The notes: generated from the letters alone by a model not told the origin. Numbered from the stretch's first letter, positions 18,440 through 29,207 are shown. The stretch is DNA of 64,000 bases from a virus (IMGVR_UViG_3300021168_000001:1-64000); one strand, 5' to 3'. Made by a program: numbers and translations.

Positions 18440-21109
18440 TCAAAATGCAACCGCTTGCCACGTGATTATGTCGCCGCTCACCGTAGTGCCAGCGATCGCG
18501 CAGGCCGTCGTGCTCGTGGTGGTCTGCACCATGTTGTTCGCGTCGGCTGCGGTAGTAAGGTCGGTTGCCGAGCACCGCCAACCATTCGGGGCGGTAAGAC
18601 CCGGTGTGATGGTCACAGTGCAGGTACCCGTCGTTCCGCTGGCGAACGATCCACCGGATGATCCTCCGACCGCCGCCGTCAGAGAGCACCCCGAGACGTT
18701 CTGCGACCCGCCCGCCACGATGTAGTTCGGCGTGACTTTGGTGGCTGTGACTTGGGGAGTGACGACCGCAGGCGTAAGCGCTTGCGTCGCTGGAAGAGTA
18801 GGGGCGCCAGTCAGCCCGTTGCCGGATGGATTGCTGCTGCGGTAGGTGTCGATGAACGCTGTCACGGCCGCAGGAGACGGAAAGACCGTGGACCCAAGGT
18901 GCGTGCCACCGGCAATCGTGGTAGCGGTGCAGGTCGGCCCTACCGCCGTGCAGAAGTTGGTCGTATCCGTAGGCGGGATAACGGTGTCGGAGCTGCCAAC
19001 GTACATCGAAATGGGGACCTTGGACGCGGTAAATACGGCTGTGTTCAGCGTCGGGTCATATGGCGCGAAGGCCGATGCGGGTCCAGCATATGCGGCTTGC
19101 ACTACCTTGTTCGGCGTGTAGGCGGTTCCAGCGGCGTAGGCTCCCGGCCAGATGTAGAGCGGGTCGTAATAGCCTAGCGCGGGCGCATTGAAGTAGCCAT
19201 TGATGGGTTGCCACGTGGTCGGGCTCGATGCTGGCGTCTGGCCTGTGCCGGGGAAGATGTTCACATAGGAAGGCCCGTAGGCCGCGTTGATGACCGTCGT
19301 CAGGCCAGCCTGATAACCTGCGCCGTCCGTCCATGCGCCGGTGAGGTTAACAGCGCCAGAAATGCACATAATCCCCGCAGATCCCTTATTGGCCATTTCA
19401 TAGCCCAAAGCGTTGAGGCATCCCATGGACATGCCAAAGTGGTACAGTTGCCACGTCGCGGGCAGCAATCTCCTGATCGTTCCAATCTGGTTATCTCTAT
19501 AGACCATTCCCGCAGGGTTGTTCCAGTTGCTTGAGGTCGGCCCTGAGTAATTATTCGCCCCCGACCCATCTCCGGTCATGACAGCCAGCAAGCAATTATC
19601 GGCCAAGACTGCAGAGTAGATCGTGTTGGCATTCACATATCCGAGCGCGGCCGGCGTCGCGTTCGCGTGCCAGATATTGAACAGGCATGTCTTGTTGCTC
19701 GATCCGTAGGTTCCCGGCACGGCGATTGCCGCTTCTTGAGACTGTGCGCTCGGCCCAGGCGTGTCGTTCAGGATCTTGGGCGCGAGCGACATAGGCGGGA
19801 GGAATAAGCCGTCAGTCGGTCCGTGCAACGCTCCGACCGAAGCGTATACGCCGATTACCTTGTTGGTTGCCGAGGTGACCTGGATCCTAACCTTTGAGAG
19901 ATTAGTGAACAGCGGAACCCCGCCGTTGGTGAACGTGGCTGGCTCCTCAAAGGTGTATACGAGGTTGTCGAATGCGGCCTGAAATGCAGGCCCGCTGCCA
20001 AACGTAGGGCCGAAACCTAAAACGTTGGCCGCTACCGGGAATCCGGAGGTCCACACATACTGCCCGTCGCTCTGGATGGTAAACCAGTAGCTCATGGGGT
20101 TGGTGATCCCGCCGCCAAACCCGTATTGGTTGTATTGCGACCCGCTGAACTGCCACCCGCCGCCGATCAGCGCCCCGTTGATGTTGTACTTGATCCCCTT
20201 GTGGAAGTCGTTCCCGGAATCGCTCACGATGACAGTGGCGTTGTTCGTGGTGTCGCCATTCACTTGCGTGAGGAAAGCTACGCGCCAAGGCTGAGCCGGG
20301 TTGATCACCTGCGGGAGATTGATGTCGCATGTCCCCTGCACGCCGTTGGTCGTTGCGACCAGGCCCCCGCCAGAAGCGTTGCTCAGATTCGAAACGGTAT
20401 TACAACTCGCCGTGGTGAGAGACGCGATATACAGGTCGTTCGTCGGCATCACGTAGTGCGTGGCGGGAGTGAGGGAATTATTGGTGATCCCCGAAGCAAT
20501 AGAGGCTATTGCCGCGAAATAATTTGTTCCATCAGACAACACCGTCATCGAAGTTGGAAGCGTAGCCGATCCTGCTGGAAGCGTGAGCGAACCGGATGCG
20601 CCATTGATATTTTGCCCACTCGGCGCAACGGTGACCACCCCGGACCCGTAATTTATGATGTTTATCTGCTGCTTTGCAGCCGGCTGCGATCCACTCGCCA
20701 CCAGCGTGATCGTGAAAGTCCCTGATCCTACCGTTATCGTCTTACACTGGGAAAAATCAGCGGCGACGACTTGGTAAGTCCCGGTCTGCGGATTAATAGC
20801 AGATCCAGCACTGAGTAAGATCGCACCGCTGGACCCGCCTCCAGTTAGGCATGCCCCAGCGGTGACGCCAGTTATCGTTCCGGCATTGCCATCCAATACC
20901 CATCCACCGGGAGTGCACGTATATGGCTTGTTGTTCGTGATGTCAGTGTAAGGCGCGCCATAATTCAGAGCCGTGCAACTCCCACCGCTCGGAGCGCCGG
21001 CGCCGGTACTCCTCGGCCAGTTTATCTGCACCGTTGGGTCGATCTTCGTTTGTCCATGGAGCATCACTGCAAACGCAATCAGACACAACACGCTGACAAT
21101 TCTTTTCAT
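18440..21109 (-). CDS. signal-peptide-bearing fibre/spike-like protein with an alpha/beta-hydrolase domain
   Basis: MKRIVSVLCLIAFAVMLHG-Q signal; G/T/S-rich beta regions; GMSMG, GSSDT, GGTH. Confidence 0.7.
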   Translation of the reverse strand: MKRIVSVLCLIAFAVMLHGQTKIDPTVQINWPRSTGAGAPSGGSCTALNYGAPYTDITNNKPYTCTPGGWVLDGNAGTITGVTAGACLTGGGSSGAILLSAGSAINPQTGTYQVVAADFSQCKTITVGSGTFTITLVASGSQPAAKQQINIINYGSGVVTVAPSGQNINGASGSLTLPAGSATLPTSMTVLSDGTNYFAAIASIASGITNNSLTPATHYVMPTNDLYIASLTTASCNTVSNLSNASGGGLVATTNGVQGTCDINLPQVINPAQPWRVAFLTQVNGDTTNNATVIVSDSGNDFHKGIKYNINGALIGGGWQFSGSQYNQYGFGGGITNPMSYWFTIQSDGQYVWTSGFPVAANVLGFGPTFGSGPAFQAAFDNLVYTFEEPATFTNGGVPLFTNLSKVRIQVTSATNKVIGVYASVGALHGPTDGLFLPPMSLAPKILNDTPGPSAQSQEAAIAVPGTYGSSNKTCLFNIWHANATPAALGYVNANTIYSAVLADNCLLAVMTGDGSGANNYSGPTSSNWNNPAGMVYRDNQIGTIRRLLPATWQLYHFGMSMGCLNALGYEMANKGSAGIMCISGAVNLTGAWTDGAGYQAGLTTVINAAYGPSYVNIFPGTGQTPASSPTTWQPINGYFNAPALGYYDPLYIWPGAYAAGTAYTPNKVVQAAYAGPASAFAPYDPTLNTAVFTASKVPISMYVGSSDTVIPPTDTTNFCTAVGPTCTATTIAGGTHLGSTVFPSPAAVTAFIDTYRSSNPSGNGLTGAPTLPATQALTPAVVTPQVTATKVTPNYIVAGGSQNVSGCSLTAAVGGSSGGSFASGTTGTCTVTITPGLTAPNGWRCSATDLTTAADANNMVQTTTSTTACAIAGTTVSGDIITWQAVAF

Positions 21110-21121
21110 TTTCCAAATCTC

Positions 21122-21517
21122 CTAGGAATGCAGGTAAACAGCAAAGACGGCTGCATCGGTCGCCACCGATGGTGAGAACGTTATAGTCTGTCCAGATATC
21201 GTGAAGTCTATTCCCGGTCTCTGAACGATTCCATTTACGGAAAGTATGAACATCAAAGCATTGGATTGAGATAGCGTATACGTAGTTCCAGGCACCGTCG
21301 CAGTCGGTTGCTCTGACACAGTCCCCGCTATGAGCGCTGCATTTATCAAGGACGAGGCATTTCCAGCGGTAAGCAGCGTTACGCTCAACGCAGGCACTGT
21401 AATGCTGCCTCCGAAAATCAGGTCCAACAGTCCCAGATCGAAATTCAGCGGAACCTGCCAGTTAGCCTGATTGAAGTCGGGGATCTGCAACCCGATATTG
21501 GGAGTCTGTGTTGGCAT
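21122..21517 (-). CDS. tail fibre adaptor-like protein
   Basis: TPNIGLQIP..W..LN..LD fibre-type N-terminus plus C-terminal NG..Q..G.DF module. Confidence 0.65.
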   Translation of the reverse strand: MPTQTPNIGLQIPDFNQANWQVPLNFDLGLLDLIFGGSITVPALSVTLLTAGNASSLINAALIAGTVSEQPTATVPGTTYTLSQSNALMFILSVNGIVQRPGIDFTISGQTITFSPSVATDAAVFAVYLHS

Positions 21518-21519
21518 CT

Positions 21520-22092
21520 TTAGCTCACCGTCATGGGCCCGAGGGGATGAAGTTTAAGGTCGGCCAGAGCCTTGAACTTTTGCATACTCGTGGCATTTGG
21601 AGTTGGATCTACCGTTCCGGGACTCAACACATACGATGGGAAGGCTACAGTCCTTCCACCCGTACCGTCCTGCGTGAACGCCAGTGTGATCTCCTGTCCA
21701 AAAGAAAAGCCAAAGATCCCGATCGCCGTTATATTTCCAGTCATCGATGGCACATGAAATCCATCGGCCACGGTCGCACTGAAAGATATGGATGGAGTGA
21801 ACGCGATGTTCTGCATGGGAGTGCGAAGGTCGGCTTGCGTAAGGATGTTGTTCAAAACGCTCGCGAGCGTACCCACGTTCACATCTGAAGTGCTGTATCC
21901 CTTGTTCTTCAGCATCAATGCGAATGCCGTTACAAACGCGTTCGCCTGCCTATATATTTTATTGAGCCACGCTGATGGAAGGATGTTGTTTGTCTGTATT
22001 CCTCCCGTTGTCAACGCATTCGAATCGTAAGTAGCATCGCTCTGCTGATTCGATTGAGTCGGGTTGAACTCCACAAAATTTGTTGTCGGCAT
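21520..22092 (-). CDS. short proximal tail fibre protein
   Basis: TNF..F, SAWLNKIYRQ baseplate-anchor-like motif; TQDGTGGRTV; follows the baseplate genes. Confidence 0.7.
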   Translation of the reverse strand: MPTTNFVEFNPTQSNQQSDATYDSNALTTGGIQTNNILPSAWLNKIYRQANAFVTAFALMLKNKGYSTSDVNVGTLASVLNNILTQADLRTPMQNIAFTPSISFSATVADGFHVPSMTGNITAIGIFGFSFGQEITLAFTQDGTGGRTVAFPSYVLSPGTVDPTPNATSMQKFKALADLKLHPLGPMTVS

Positions 22093-22105
22093 TTTCTTTC
22101 CTCAC

Positions 22106-22744
22106 CTATGCTGCGTGGCCCAGATCGGCGCCAGCGATGAAAGCGTTGTCGAGGTCAGCACCAAATATCGGCAGCACTGGATACAGGTAGGTGTAGAGAA
22201 CACCCTCTGGACGTGGAACGATCATGTCGTTGTTAATCATGTCTTGGATTATTGATGTGAAACTTCCGCTCAAAATGATGATCGCGGTCATGTCCTGCTG
22301 GTCAGCAATGATGATCTGACCGCCAGGGAATAGCGTCTGCCATATTCCATACAGGCTATCGATTGTTCCATCCCATTGGTTCTGAGCGATCTTGGACTTT
22401 ATGTAAATCCGGTACGTCGCATCATTCAGCACCGGGCTAACGCCCCCACTCGGCTGAAATGGAACTGTTCTCGAGGCTCCGGCGATCGCACCGAGCTGAT
22501 CGAGTTGCGCCCCGACAGCATCGTCGATGTCGATCGCCGTATCCAATTTGACAAGCACGCGACTGACATCGTCCAACTTAACGAGGATCGCATAGAGCAA
22601 TGCATTCAGCTTTGGCGATCTGCGGTATTGAGATGTGAGAAGCGCGATGTAGTAACCGAGGGGAAGATTCTCGATCGGCTGATTGCCATATCGCCCCAGC
22701 CCATATCCGCTTGTTCCATAGTGTGGATTTGGAATTGAGCTCAA
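22106..22744 (-). CDS. baseplate wedge protein (DUF2612-like)
   Basis: SQY..SP, DIDDAVGAQLD..G, LND..YR..I, WDGT, PRPEGV. Confidence 0.85.
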   Translation of the reverse strand: MSSIPNPHYGTSGYGLGRYGNQPIENLPLGYYIALLTSQYRRSPKLNALLYAILVKLDDVSRVLVKLDTAIDIDDAVGAQLDQLGAIAGASRTVPFQPSGGVSPVLNDATYRIYIKSKIAQNQWDGTIDSLYGIWQTLFPGGQIIIADQQDMTAIIILSGSFTSIIQDMINNDMIVPRPEGVLYTYLYPVLPIFGADLDNAFIAGADLGHAA

Positions 22745-24213
22745 AATTGCACCACCACCACATCCGCAGTTAGACCCTGTGCGGCGGAATAGAAATGAGG
22801 CATTGCAACGTCGTTTATCGGCGGTGTCGTCCCCGTGAAGAACACGGCATCATTTACGCCGGTGTTCTGATTGGCGACATTCGACATTGTGAGTGTGCTT
22901 CCTGAAATGCCAATTATCGTCGTACCTGGTGGGAACGGTGAAATGCCGTTGCCACCGTTAGACGGTGGCTGAGAACCGTAAAACGTCTGTCCTATCGATG
23001 GTGACGGTCCAAATTCCAGTGGCCCAAATACAGCCAAGTTGGATCCATTCGTGGCCGATAGTCCTCCGACCGTAAATTGCACCGTGCTTACAAACAAGAA
23101 TTGCACGCCGAATCTCGGCGCGGTCTGCTGCGCATTCAGCGCCATGATCGCGTAAATCAGAGCTCCGACAGATACCAGTTCTCCGATTTGCAAACTGTTC
23201 AAATAGGCCACAATCGCAGCCTGGATCGCAGTCAAAGTGGCAGTCGGAAGATTACTCGTATATCCAGTCACCACTGCATACACGAAGATAGGCGTATACG
23301 TCGGCCGATAGAAGCTCATGGTCTCGATGTTCCCTGTCACCGGGTCCGTTACAGATACGCTCGTTGTTCCATGCGTCAGGCATCCTATCGTCTTCTTCAA
23401 GTAGATTGCCAAACCAACGGCTGCATCGGCCCCGCCATCGGCGACGATCGAAATAGAATGAGCCGGATTCCCCCACGAGTCCGTCGCTCCTGTGGGATTC
23501 TCGATCGACGATCCAGGACCTCCGGGAGTCGGCAGAGGAGGAGCTACCCTGACTACTCCCGGCACTGCCAGAACAGCAGCTACCGTCGACGCAAGCGGCG
23601 TCAGCGCGGGCAGGGCAACCGAAATAGCCTGACGTCCACGCAATTCAGAATCGGTTTCAACCGGGTTACCAGCCCTAGCCGCCGCCGCATTGGTCACTGA
23701 AGTCCACCCAAGAACAGTCGACGATATGATCGCAATTTGCCCAGCCGAAGCAGGAACGGATCCTGGAGTCGTGCAGGTCGCGGTCACGTTGATAGTCCCG
23801 CCGCCCGGGATCACAGTCGGCGACGGAAGGGCCCACAGATTTCCGTTCGTGTCCTGCGCGAATCCATTTGTGATGGTTGTGCCAGCGACGCCGCCCACCG
23901 TCAGAACCGCAGTCGAAAATGTGTACGCCATCCTCGCCAAACCGTTCATCTTCACTACGCGGTCGAGGCCGGCACCAACAGCCGTCTGCGGCGAGCTCTG
24001 GTTGTAAGCAAATTGGACGGCCAGGTTCACATCCGAAATCTTCAGCGCGAAAATTGACAGCAATTGATAGATTGCCGAATCCGGAGCGACATACTGATTT
24101 TGCCCATAGATGTTCAAGAAAGAACTGAGTAGATCCTGGAAAATCGACTGGTACGTAGGAATTGTCAGCCCAGCGGGACCGATTGAAGGAGGTGCATAGG
24201 GCGGCGCGCTCAT
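22741..24213 (-). CDS. baseplate J-like protein
   Basis: P.TAVGAGLD, ETDSELR.R, ENPTG..D, HSI..V..GG, F.RP. Confidence 0.9.
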   Translation of the reverse strand: MSAPPYAPPSIGPAGLTIPTYQSIFQDLLSSFLNIYGQNQYVAPDSAIYQLLSIFALKISDVNLAVQFAYNQSSPQTAVGAGLDRVVKMNGLARMAYTFSTAVLTVGGVAGTTITNGFAQDTNGNLWALPSPTVIPGGGTINVTATCTTPGSVPASAGQIAIISSTVLGWTSVTNAAAARAGNPVETDSELRGRQAISVALPALTPLASTVAAVLAVPGVVRVAPPLPTPGGPGSSIENPTGATDSWGNPAHSISIVADGGADAAVGLAIYLKKTIGCLTHGTTSVSVTDPVTGNIETMSFYRPTYTPIFVYAVVTGYTSNLPTATLTAIQAAIVAYLNSLQIGELVSVGALIYAIMALNAQQTAPRFGVQFLFVSTVQFTVGGLSATNGSNLAVFGPLEFGPSPSIGQTFYGSQPPSNGGNGISPFPPGTTIIGISGSTLTMSNVANQNTGVNDAVFFTGTTPPINDVAMPHFYSAAQGLTADVVVVQF

Positions 24214-24228
24214 TGTTCTATGATCTCC

Positions 24229-24618
24229 TTATCCCAACGAAGCATTGATGCCGGGAACATTTGATACTGTCACCTGTCCGAATACTGTCTGCACAGTGCA
24301 TGTGAAAGTGAAAGCTCCTCCATTGAACGACGCATTCAGATCGACAATCGCTGTCACAAGCGGAGCCAGGCTTTCTATCTGTTGCTGCACCAACAGCTGC
24401 ATCGCCTGCAGCGATCGCTGTGTTTCCAACTGCCCGAGCATCGATTGAAAAACTGGCAAACCCAACGTCAGGTTTTCCCACCATTCGCCATAGAACAGAT
24501 TCAATCTTGTGAGGATCGCTTGCGCTACAGCATAGGTGTCGACAAGTGAGGACTGCGAATCGAATATCGGATCATAGCTCAAATCGAGAGCAATATAAGA
24601 AATCGTGGGGCTCGCCAT
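24229..24618 (-). CDS. baseplate wedge/sheath initiator (gp25-like)
   Basis: AVAQAILTRL.LFYGEWW...GLP, TVFG. Confidence 0.8.
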   Translation of the reverse strand: MASPTISYIALDLSYDPIFDSQSSLVDTYAVAQAILTRLNLFYGEWWENLTLGLPVFQSMLGQLETQRSLQAMQLLVQQQIESLAPLVTAIVDLNASFNGGAFTFTCTVQTVFGQVTVSNVPGINASLG

Positions 24619-24622
24619 CGGC

Positions 24623-25357
24623 TCATTGCCCTTTCAAAACGGAGGTTTCTGATCCTGTCGGAATTCCGGGCCCAGCGTATCCCTTGGAAACAAGAAAGGG
24701 CTGGATATTAGCTACGTACCACTGGTAAAACGTATCGTTCATCAAAGCCAGCGGCGTGCCTCCGGAGCTCTCGACATTTACGTGCGCGGCAGTCACTGTC
24801 ACTGCTGTCTCAGCGACGTCGATTATCGTGTTGCCATCATCACTTCGTATCTGCAACGAGGTCGTTGAATAGTTCGACAGTTTGTTGGGCTGGCTGAACA
24901 TTCCAGGGATGAATCCGCAGTCCCAGAAGTCGTGGCGAACAACCCCACACTGGATTTGCGATCCACTCGGCAACGATTGGCCAGGATCGAGGTTCTGCGC
25001 TCGTGGAGCATCGTTCTTTCCATTCAGCCACCAGAAATCAAAGCACGCATCACAAAACACCAGGAGGCCTTCATCTCCCTTCTTCAGCGGCAGGGTGACA
25101 CTGAATCCACCACCTCGAGGAATGACGATCGGCACTTTCTGGATCGGCGGAAGATCCCACCACTGAGCTCCGGCCGGGGTGCGGACTCGCTCTTGAATTG
25201 CGATCTGAACAGTGACCGTCTGATCAGCGGCTAGGTCTTCGGCAAGGAATGCAGGGATTGACACACGTAGCTCCGCGCCGTGCTGTCGCACGATCTGGCG
25301 GAACTGTTCTGCCTCTGAGTAATTGAGTTGAAATGGTGTGAGGCCGGCGGCCATCAT
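24623..25357 (-). CDS. baseplate spike (Gp138 N-terminal-like)
   Basis: VPIVIPRGGGF.VTLP...GDEGLLVF.D..D.WW, RH...D..FIPG. Confidence 0.85.
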   Translation of the reverse strand: MMAAGLTPFQLNYSEAEQFRQIVRQHGAELRVSIPAFLAEDLAADQTVTVQIAIQERVRTPAGAQWWDLPPIQKVPIVIPRGGGFSVTLPLKKGDEGLLVFCDACFDFWWLNGKNDAPRAQNLDPGQSLPSGSQIQCGVVRHDFWDCGFIPGMFSQPNKLSNYSTTSLQIRSDDGNTIIDVAETAVTVTAAHVNVESSGGTPLALMNDTFYQWYVANIQPFLVSKGYAGPGIPTGSETSVLKGQ

Positions 25358-26397
25358 CCCCCCGATTTAGCTGCAAAAATTCCATTGAGAAGCGAATCGG
25401 CATAGGTCGTAGACCAGCCTGTCACTTCTGTCTGCCAGTCGTTTCCTCGAGTGTCGCCAACATGCCGCACCTGTCCGACCAGAAAACTCAGGTTGTTTGA
25501 GAACGGAGTGAACATACCTGAGTTGGGATTAGGAAACACCGGCAGTTGCGATATCACTGTTTGCGTCAACTGCACCACCAGCGGCGGAAGCTGCACCTTC
25601 AACCGCGGATCGAGCAGCACCGTGAAGATGACTCCAGTCGGCGTCTGCCGAGGTGTCCCGATAATGCTTGCTGTTACTCCGTTCGGCACTGGGCTCCCAT
25701 CAACGGGCGGCGGCGAATAGATCAAGTCCGGAGTGTAGTCCGTCTTGGTCATCTCAGAAATGTAGGCCTTCGATCCATCCATGAAAGTGTTCATGAAATG
25801 CTCGTCGGCTATCTGTTGAAGGTATTTGGCCACACTTCCGAATGCTCCGCGTCCTCGCGGATATTGCGTCGAAGTGAGTGCGTCTTCAGCTTTAGGTCCG
25901 AGGTTTCCTCCGGCAGATTGAGTGAACTGCGGAAGGTTCACCTGTTTGGCCATGCGATTTACAAATTGCAACTGACTAGAATATGGTCCCATTCCAAAAC
26001 TTACGATCTCCGCGTTCAACAGTGGATTCGCGATGCAGCGTAGCACCACCCTCTGATCGACCACGCGGTCACGGTCATAAAGGACCTGGAACACAGGGCC
26101 ATCCCAGATTATCGAGTAGAAGTTTGGGCCCGTCTGGAAACCGGCCTTCAGCGTCGCCCACGTCGCGTTGAAGAGGATATTTTGGATCGAATCGTCATTG
26201 AGATTAAATATCGTGATGTCAGCCGACCAGTAGGGACTCCTCACCGTCCTCTGCCACACGTCGAATGTCATGCGCAGAGATTCAGGCTCCCATTTATCTC
26301 GAGTGATCGTATAGATTTGCGCATCGCCGTTGGAGGCAACATATTTTATTTCTAATTCCCACGCCTGCCCCCACAGGTTGATCGTCGACGAACTCAC
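25354..26397 (-). CDS. baseplate hub protein
   Basis: ADITIFNL, LKAG, IIWDG, IGTP, LLDP, H.GDTRGNDW; GTG start near 26397. Confidence 0.8.
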   Translation of the reverse strand: MSSSTINLWGQAWELEIKYVASNGDAQIYTITRDKWEPESLRMTFDVWQRTVRSPYWSADITIFNLNDDSIQNILFNATWATLKAGFQTGPNFYSIIWDGPVFQVLYDRDRVVDQRVVLRCIANPLLNAEIVSFGMGPYSSQLQFVNRMAKQVNLPQFTQSAGGNLGPKAEDALTSTQYPRGRGAFGSVAKYLQQIADEHFMNTFMDGSKAYISEMTKTDYTPDLIYSPPPVDGSPVPNGVTASIIGTPRQTPTGVIFTVLLDPRLKVQLPPLVVQLTQTVISQLPVFPNPNSGMFTPFSNNLSFLVGQVRHVGDTRGNDWQTEVTGWSTTYADSLLNGIFAAKSGG

Positions 26398-26732
26398 GGT
26401 GCGGTGTCTCCCCAAAGCAACGAAAACTGTGGCAAATTGTCGGGTCCAGGATAGTCAGTTTCCGCATTAGCTGTGTTCAGCAGGTAGGCGCTTCCGATTT
26501 TCAAATAACCATACTGGCTGAGCATATTTGCTGCAGGATACCAACCCGTGACCAGAGGTACGGAGGCGATCAAAAGGTTGGTGATCGCGTCGAATATCGC
26601 CATCTGCCAATAGCCAGCCATTTCCGAAAAACTCAGATCCAGATTCAACGTCAGCGCATTCCCGTCAACAATCAATTGCACCGAGAACGATTGATTTGGA
26701 GCCGAGGTCAACGGGATTATCTGGTTGCTCAT
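26394..26732 (-). CDS. baseplate plug-like protein
   Basis: IPL...PNQSF, PLVTG..N.L.QY.YL.IG. Confidence 0.75.
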   Translation of the reverse strand: MSNQIIPLTSAPNQSFSVQLIVDGNALTLNLDLSFSEMAGYWQMAIFDAITNLLIASVPLVTGWYPAANMLSQYGYLKIGSAYLLNTANAETDYPGPDNLPQFSLLWGDTAP

Positions 26733-27556
26733 GGCAGGATCTTTTGCAGGCTGTTCACATTGATGCTTGACCAGGTTCCGGCGCCGGGTACCTGCACTGT
26801 CGACGGGGTATCCAAAAGCGAAGGCGGCTGCAAGGTATTCGACACGTTGAATTGCGAGGTGGTCGCCGAATTTGGCGCCTGAGTGTTAACGCCACCAAGC
26901 CCGGTGGCTCCGGTATCTTGTGGCCTCGCGCTGGCCGAGGTAGTAGAAATCGAAGCCGTGAATATCTGTTCGAACTCGACTCTCATTTTCAGCCCGGCGA
27001 TCGTCCGGCTGTCCTCACGCGGCGATACGCTGGTCACAATCATGTTCCGGTAGGTCCGCAGCCTCGTTCCTATTGTCAGTGGCTGACGAGACGCCTGCAG
27101 AGCGATCATCTGCTGGTATGCTGACACACTCTTCGACGGGTTGCCGGAGAATGGCGTGATGTAAGGCGGTTTAGTGGGATTCGATCCACTCGAGAACGCA
27201 GCCATGCAATCGGACATTCCCACATAGAGCACCAAACGGGCCGGCATCAAGTACGCGTGACTCGATATGTTGGCTCCGTTCTGAATTGGATGTTGCGTCT
27301 TCTCGAGCCGCTGATCGTGTTCAAGCGACAGAACCGTATCGAACACATAGGTGGTTTGCCCTATGTTGTTTGACCGGAGAATGAATCCGCCATCAGCATC
27401 ATTGCTCGATTGGGTGTTGCTCTGCTGATTGGGAACGGTGATCGTGACCATCGGCGGCTTGTTCCATTGCGGCGGCCGATACGGTCCCAGGCGCAGGTTC
27501 TCGAGAGCATCGAAAGTTGCTGGCAGCCCAAGCACCGTATTGATGATCGTTCCCAT
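26729..27556 (-). CDS. distal-tail/tube-initiator (Dit-like) protein
   Basis: EH...TQHPIQNGANISSHAY..P, AYQ, T.LRTY.NM. Confidence 0.8.
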   Translation of the reverse strand: MGTIINTVLGLPATFDALENLRLGPYRPPQWNKPPMVTITVPNQQSNTQSSNDADGGFILRSNNIGQTTYVFDTVLSLEHDQRLEKTQHPIQNGANISSHAYLMPARLVLYVGMSDCMAAFSSGSNPTKPPYITPFSGNPSKSVSAYQQMIALQASRQPLTIGTRLRTYRNMIVTSVSPREDSRTIAGLKMRVEFEQIFTASISTTSASARPQDTGATGLGGVNTQAPNSATTSQFNVSNTLQPPSLLDTPSTVQVPGAGTWSSINVNSLQKILP

Positions 27557-27563
27557 AGCTCCC

Positions 27564-29207
27564 TCAGTAGCTGTAGCTCAGGCTCTGAAACTCGGATAGA
27601 TTACGCTGTACCTTGGAATCTGCGGCGTCCTTGATGGCGTCCTTCACAGCAGAGTGAATATCCTCTGGCTGGGCATTGGTTTTGCCGATGTTTATCGTCA
27701 CGCTGCCAATTTGCAGCGGACCGGATTTACCCATCGAAGACATCACCCGCGCGATCTCGTTGCGCGTTTCATTTGGCAGCGTAGCTTTTCCGGAAAGGAC
27801 CTTTTCCATCCCGCCAGGCCCCATGTTGTAAGCACCAACGGCGCCGGCATCACTTCCAAATTGAGATTGCAGATCGCGAAGGTAAAGCGCTCCGCCCATC
27901 AGATTGCTCATTGGATCGCGCGGATTCACCATGTACTTGGCGGCGATATCGGGGCTCAGCTGCATCAGTCCCATGTGCGGCACGCCCTTCGCCCACTGAT
28001 CAGGAACATTCTGATTGCCACTCGATTCCGCCATCATGACGCCGCGCAGGAGCTGCGGGCTGATGCCGGCAAGTCTGGCGACCTGTTCCACCATATCGCC
28101 GCCAGGACCGCCCGATCCACCGACGCCTGCGACCATTGCGCCGAATCCGCGCGCGACATTGTTAGGCCCTCCGATTTTTTGAAGGTTAGACGCGATCGAC
28201 ATTCCGCCCGCGGACCCTACTAACGCTCCACCGGGACCGCCGAATACCCCACCAACTATTCCACCGGCGATCATCCCAATCGACTGCGCTGTTACATCGT
28301 GCCAGGCGGAAGACAGTTCAGCGCCGGCCTCTTTGAATTTGCCACTCATCGCAAGGTCGAGAGCATTCAAAAGATGGCCGAGGAGCTTCTCGACATTTGC
28401 AATTGATTCCGCCCAGGTCGCGAATCCTTGTGCGACGTGATGTACAGCAGTCAGCATCTTGTCCAGGCTTAGGCTCGTCCCCTCGATCGATTCGTCGCCA
28501 CTGAGCAAGCCAACTACATTCGTAAATAGGATGGCGAACTGCCTTAGCGCATCGCCAGTCGCATAGGCGATGTCCTTGATGTCTTTCCAAATCGGCATGA
28601 ACTCGGTGACGATCCGGTGCGCTATCGCCGGCATGTCGCTTATCACCCAGTCGTTGAACTTTCGCAGCTTCTCAAGCAGTTCGTCCGGTCCCGTACCAAG
28701 CGCATGCAGGAAGTCCAACACTGTGTGCATGGCTAGATATTGCAATTCAACTTCCATGCGCGTGAATTCGAAACGGATGTCCCTCACCTTGCGCATCTGC
28801 AAATCGAAGTCGCCGCCAGGAGCCATCCGGCGCTGGTCCTCGATCAACCGCCTCGTACGGTCGCGCAGCTCCGCATCCCATGTGAGGTTCTCGAGCGGCT
28901 GCCCTAATGCGTCCATCGCTATCTTCAGCGAGCGCGCAGCGTCCTTTCCCATATACATGTGAAGAGCAAACAGCCGAAAATCTTGATCGGCCATGGCCAC
29001 CTTGTCGACCATTCCCAAGGCAGCAGCTCCGATTGAGGCGAAGCCTCCAACGATTGCCGTTTGCACTCCCAGAAATGATCCGGCCATCGATCCAGAGCGC
29101 TGCTCAACCATCCGTTCGGCATCGCGAAGAATCGCGGCAAAGCGGTGGTAAGAGGCGTTGTCCACGCCGAATCCTAAACGAACCAAATACTCATCGATGA
29201 ATGGCAT
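27564..29207 (-). CDS. tape measure protein with C-terminal lytic transglycosylase (SLT)
   Basis: EYLVRLGF.VD N-terminus, helical body, AESSG, GLMQL, AYNMG. Confidence 0.9.
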   Translation of the reverse strand: MPFIDEYLVRLGFGVDNASYHRFAAILRDAERMVEQRSGSMAGSFLGVQTAIVGGFASIGAAALGMVDKVAMADQDFRLFALHMYMGKDAARSLKIAMDALGQPLENLTWDAELRDRTRRLIEDQRRMAPGGDFDLQMRKVRDIRFEFTRMEVELQYLAMHTVLDFLHALGTGPDELLEKLRKFNDWVISDMPAIAHRIVTEFMPIWKDIKDIAYATGDALRQFAILFTNVVGLLSGDESIEGTSLSLDKMLTAVHHVAQGFATWAESIANVEKLLGHLLNALDLAMSGKFKEAGAELSSAWHDVTAQSIGMIAGGIVGGVFGGPGGALVGSAGGMSIASNLQKIGGPNNVARGFGAMVAGVGGSGGPGGDMVEQVARLAGISPQLLRGVMMAESSGNQNVPDQWAKGVPHMGLMQLSPDIAAKYMVNPRDPMSNLMGGALYLRDLQSQFGSDAGAVGAYNMGPGGMEKVLSGKATLPNETRNEIARVMSSMGKSGPLQIGSVTINIGKTNAQPEDIHSAVKDAIKDAADSKVQRNLSEFQSLSYSY

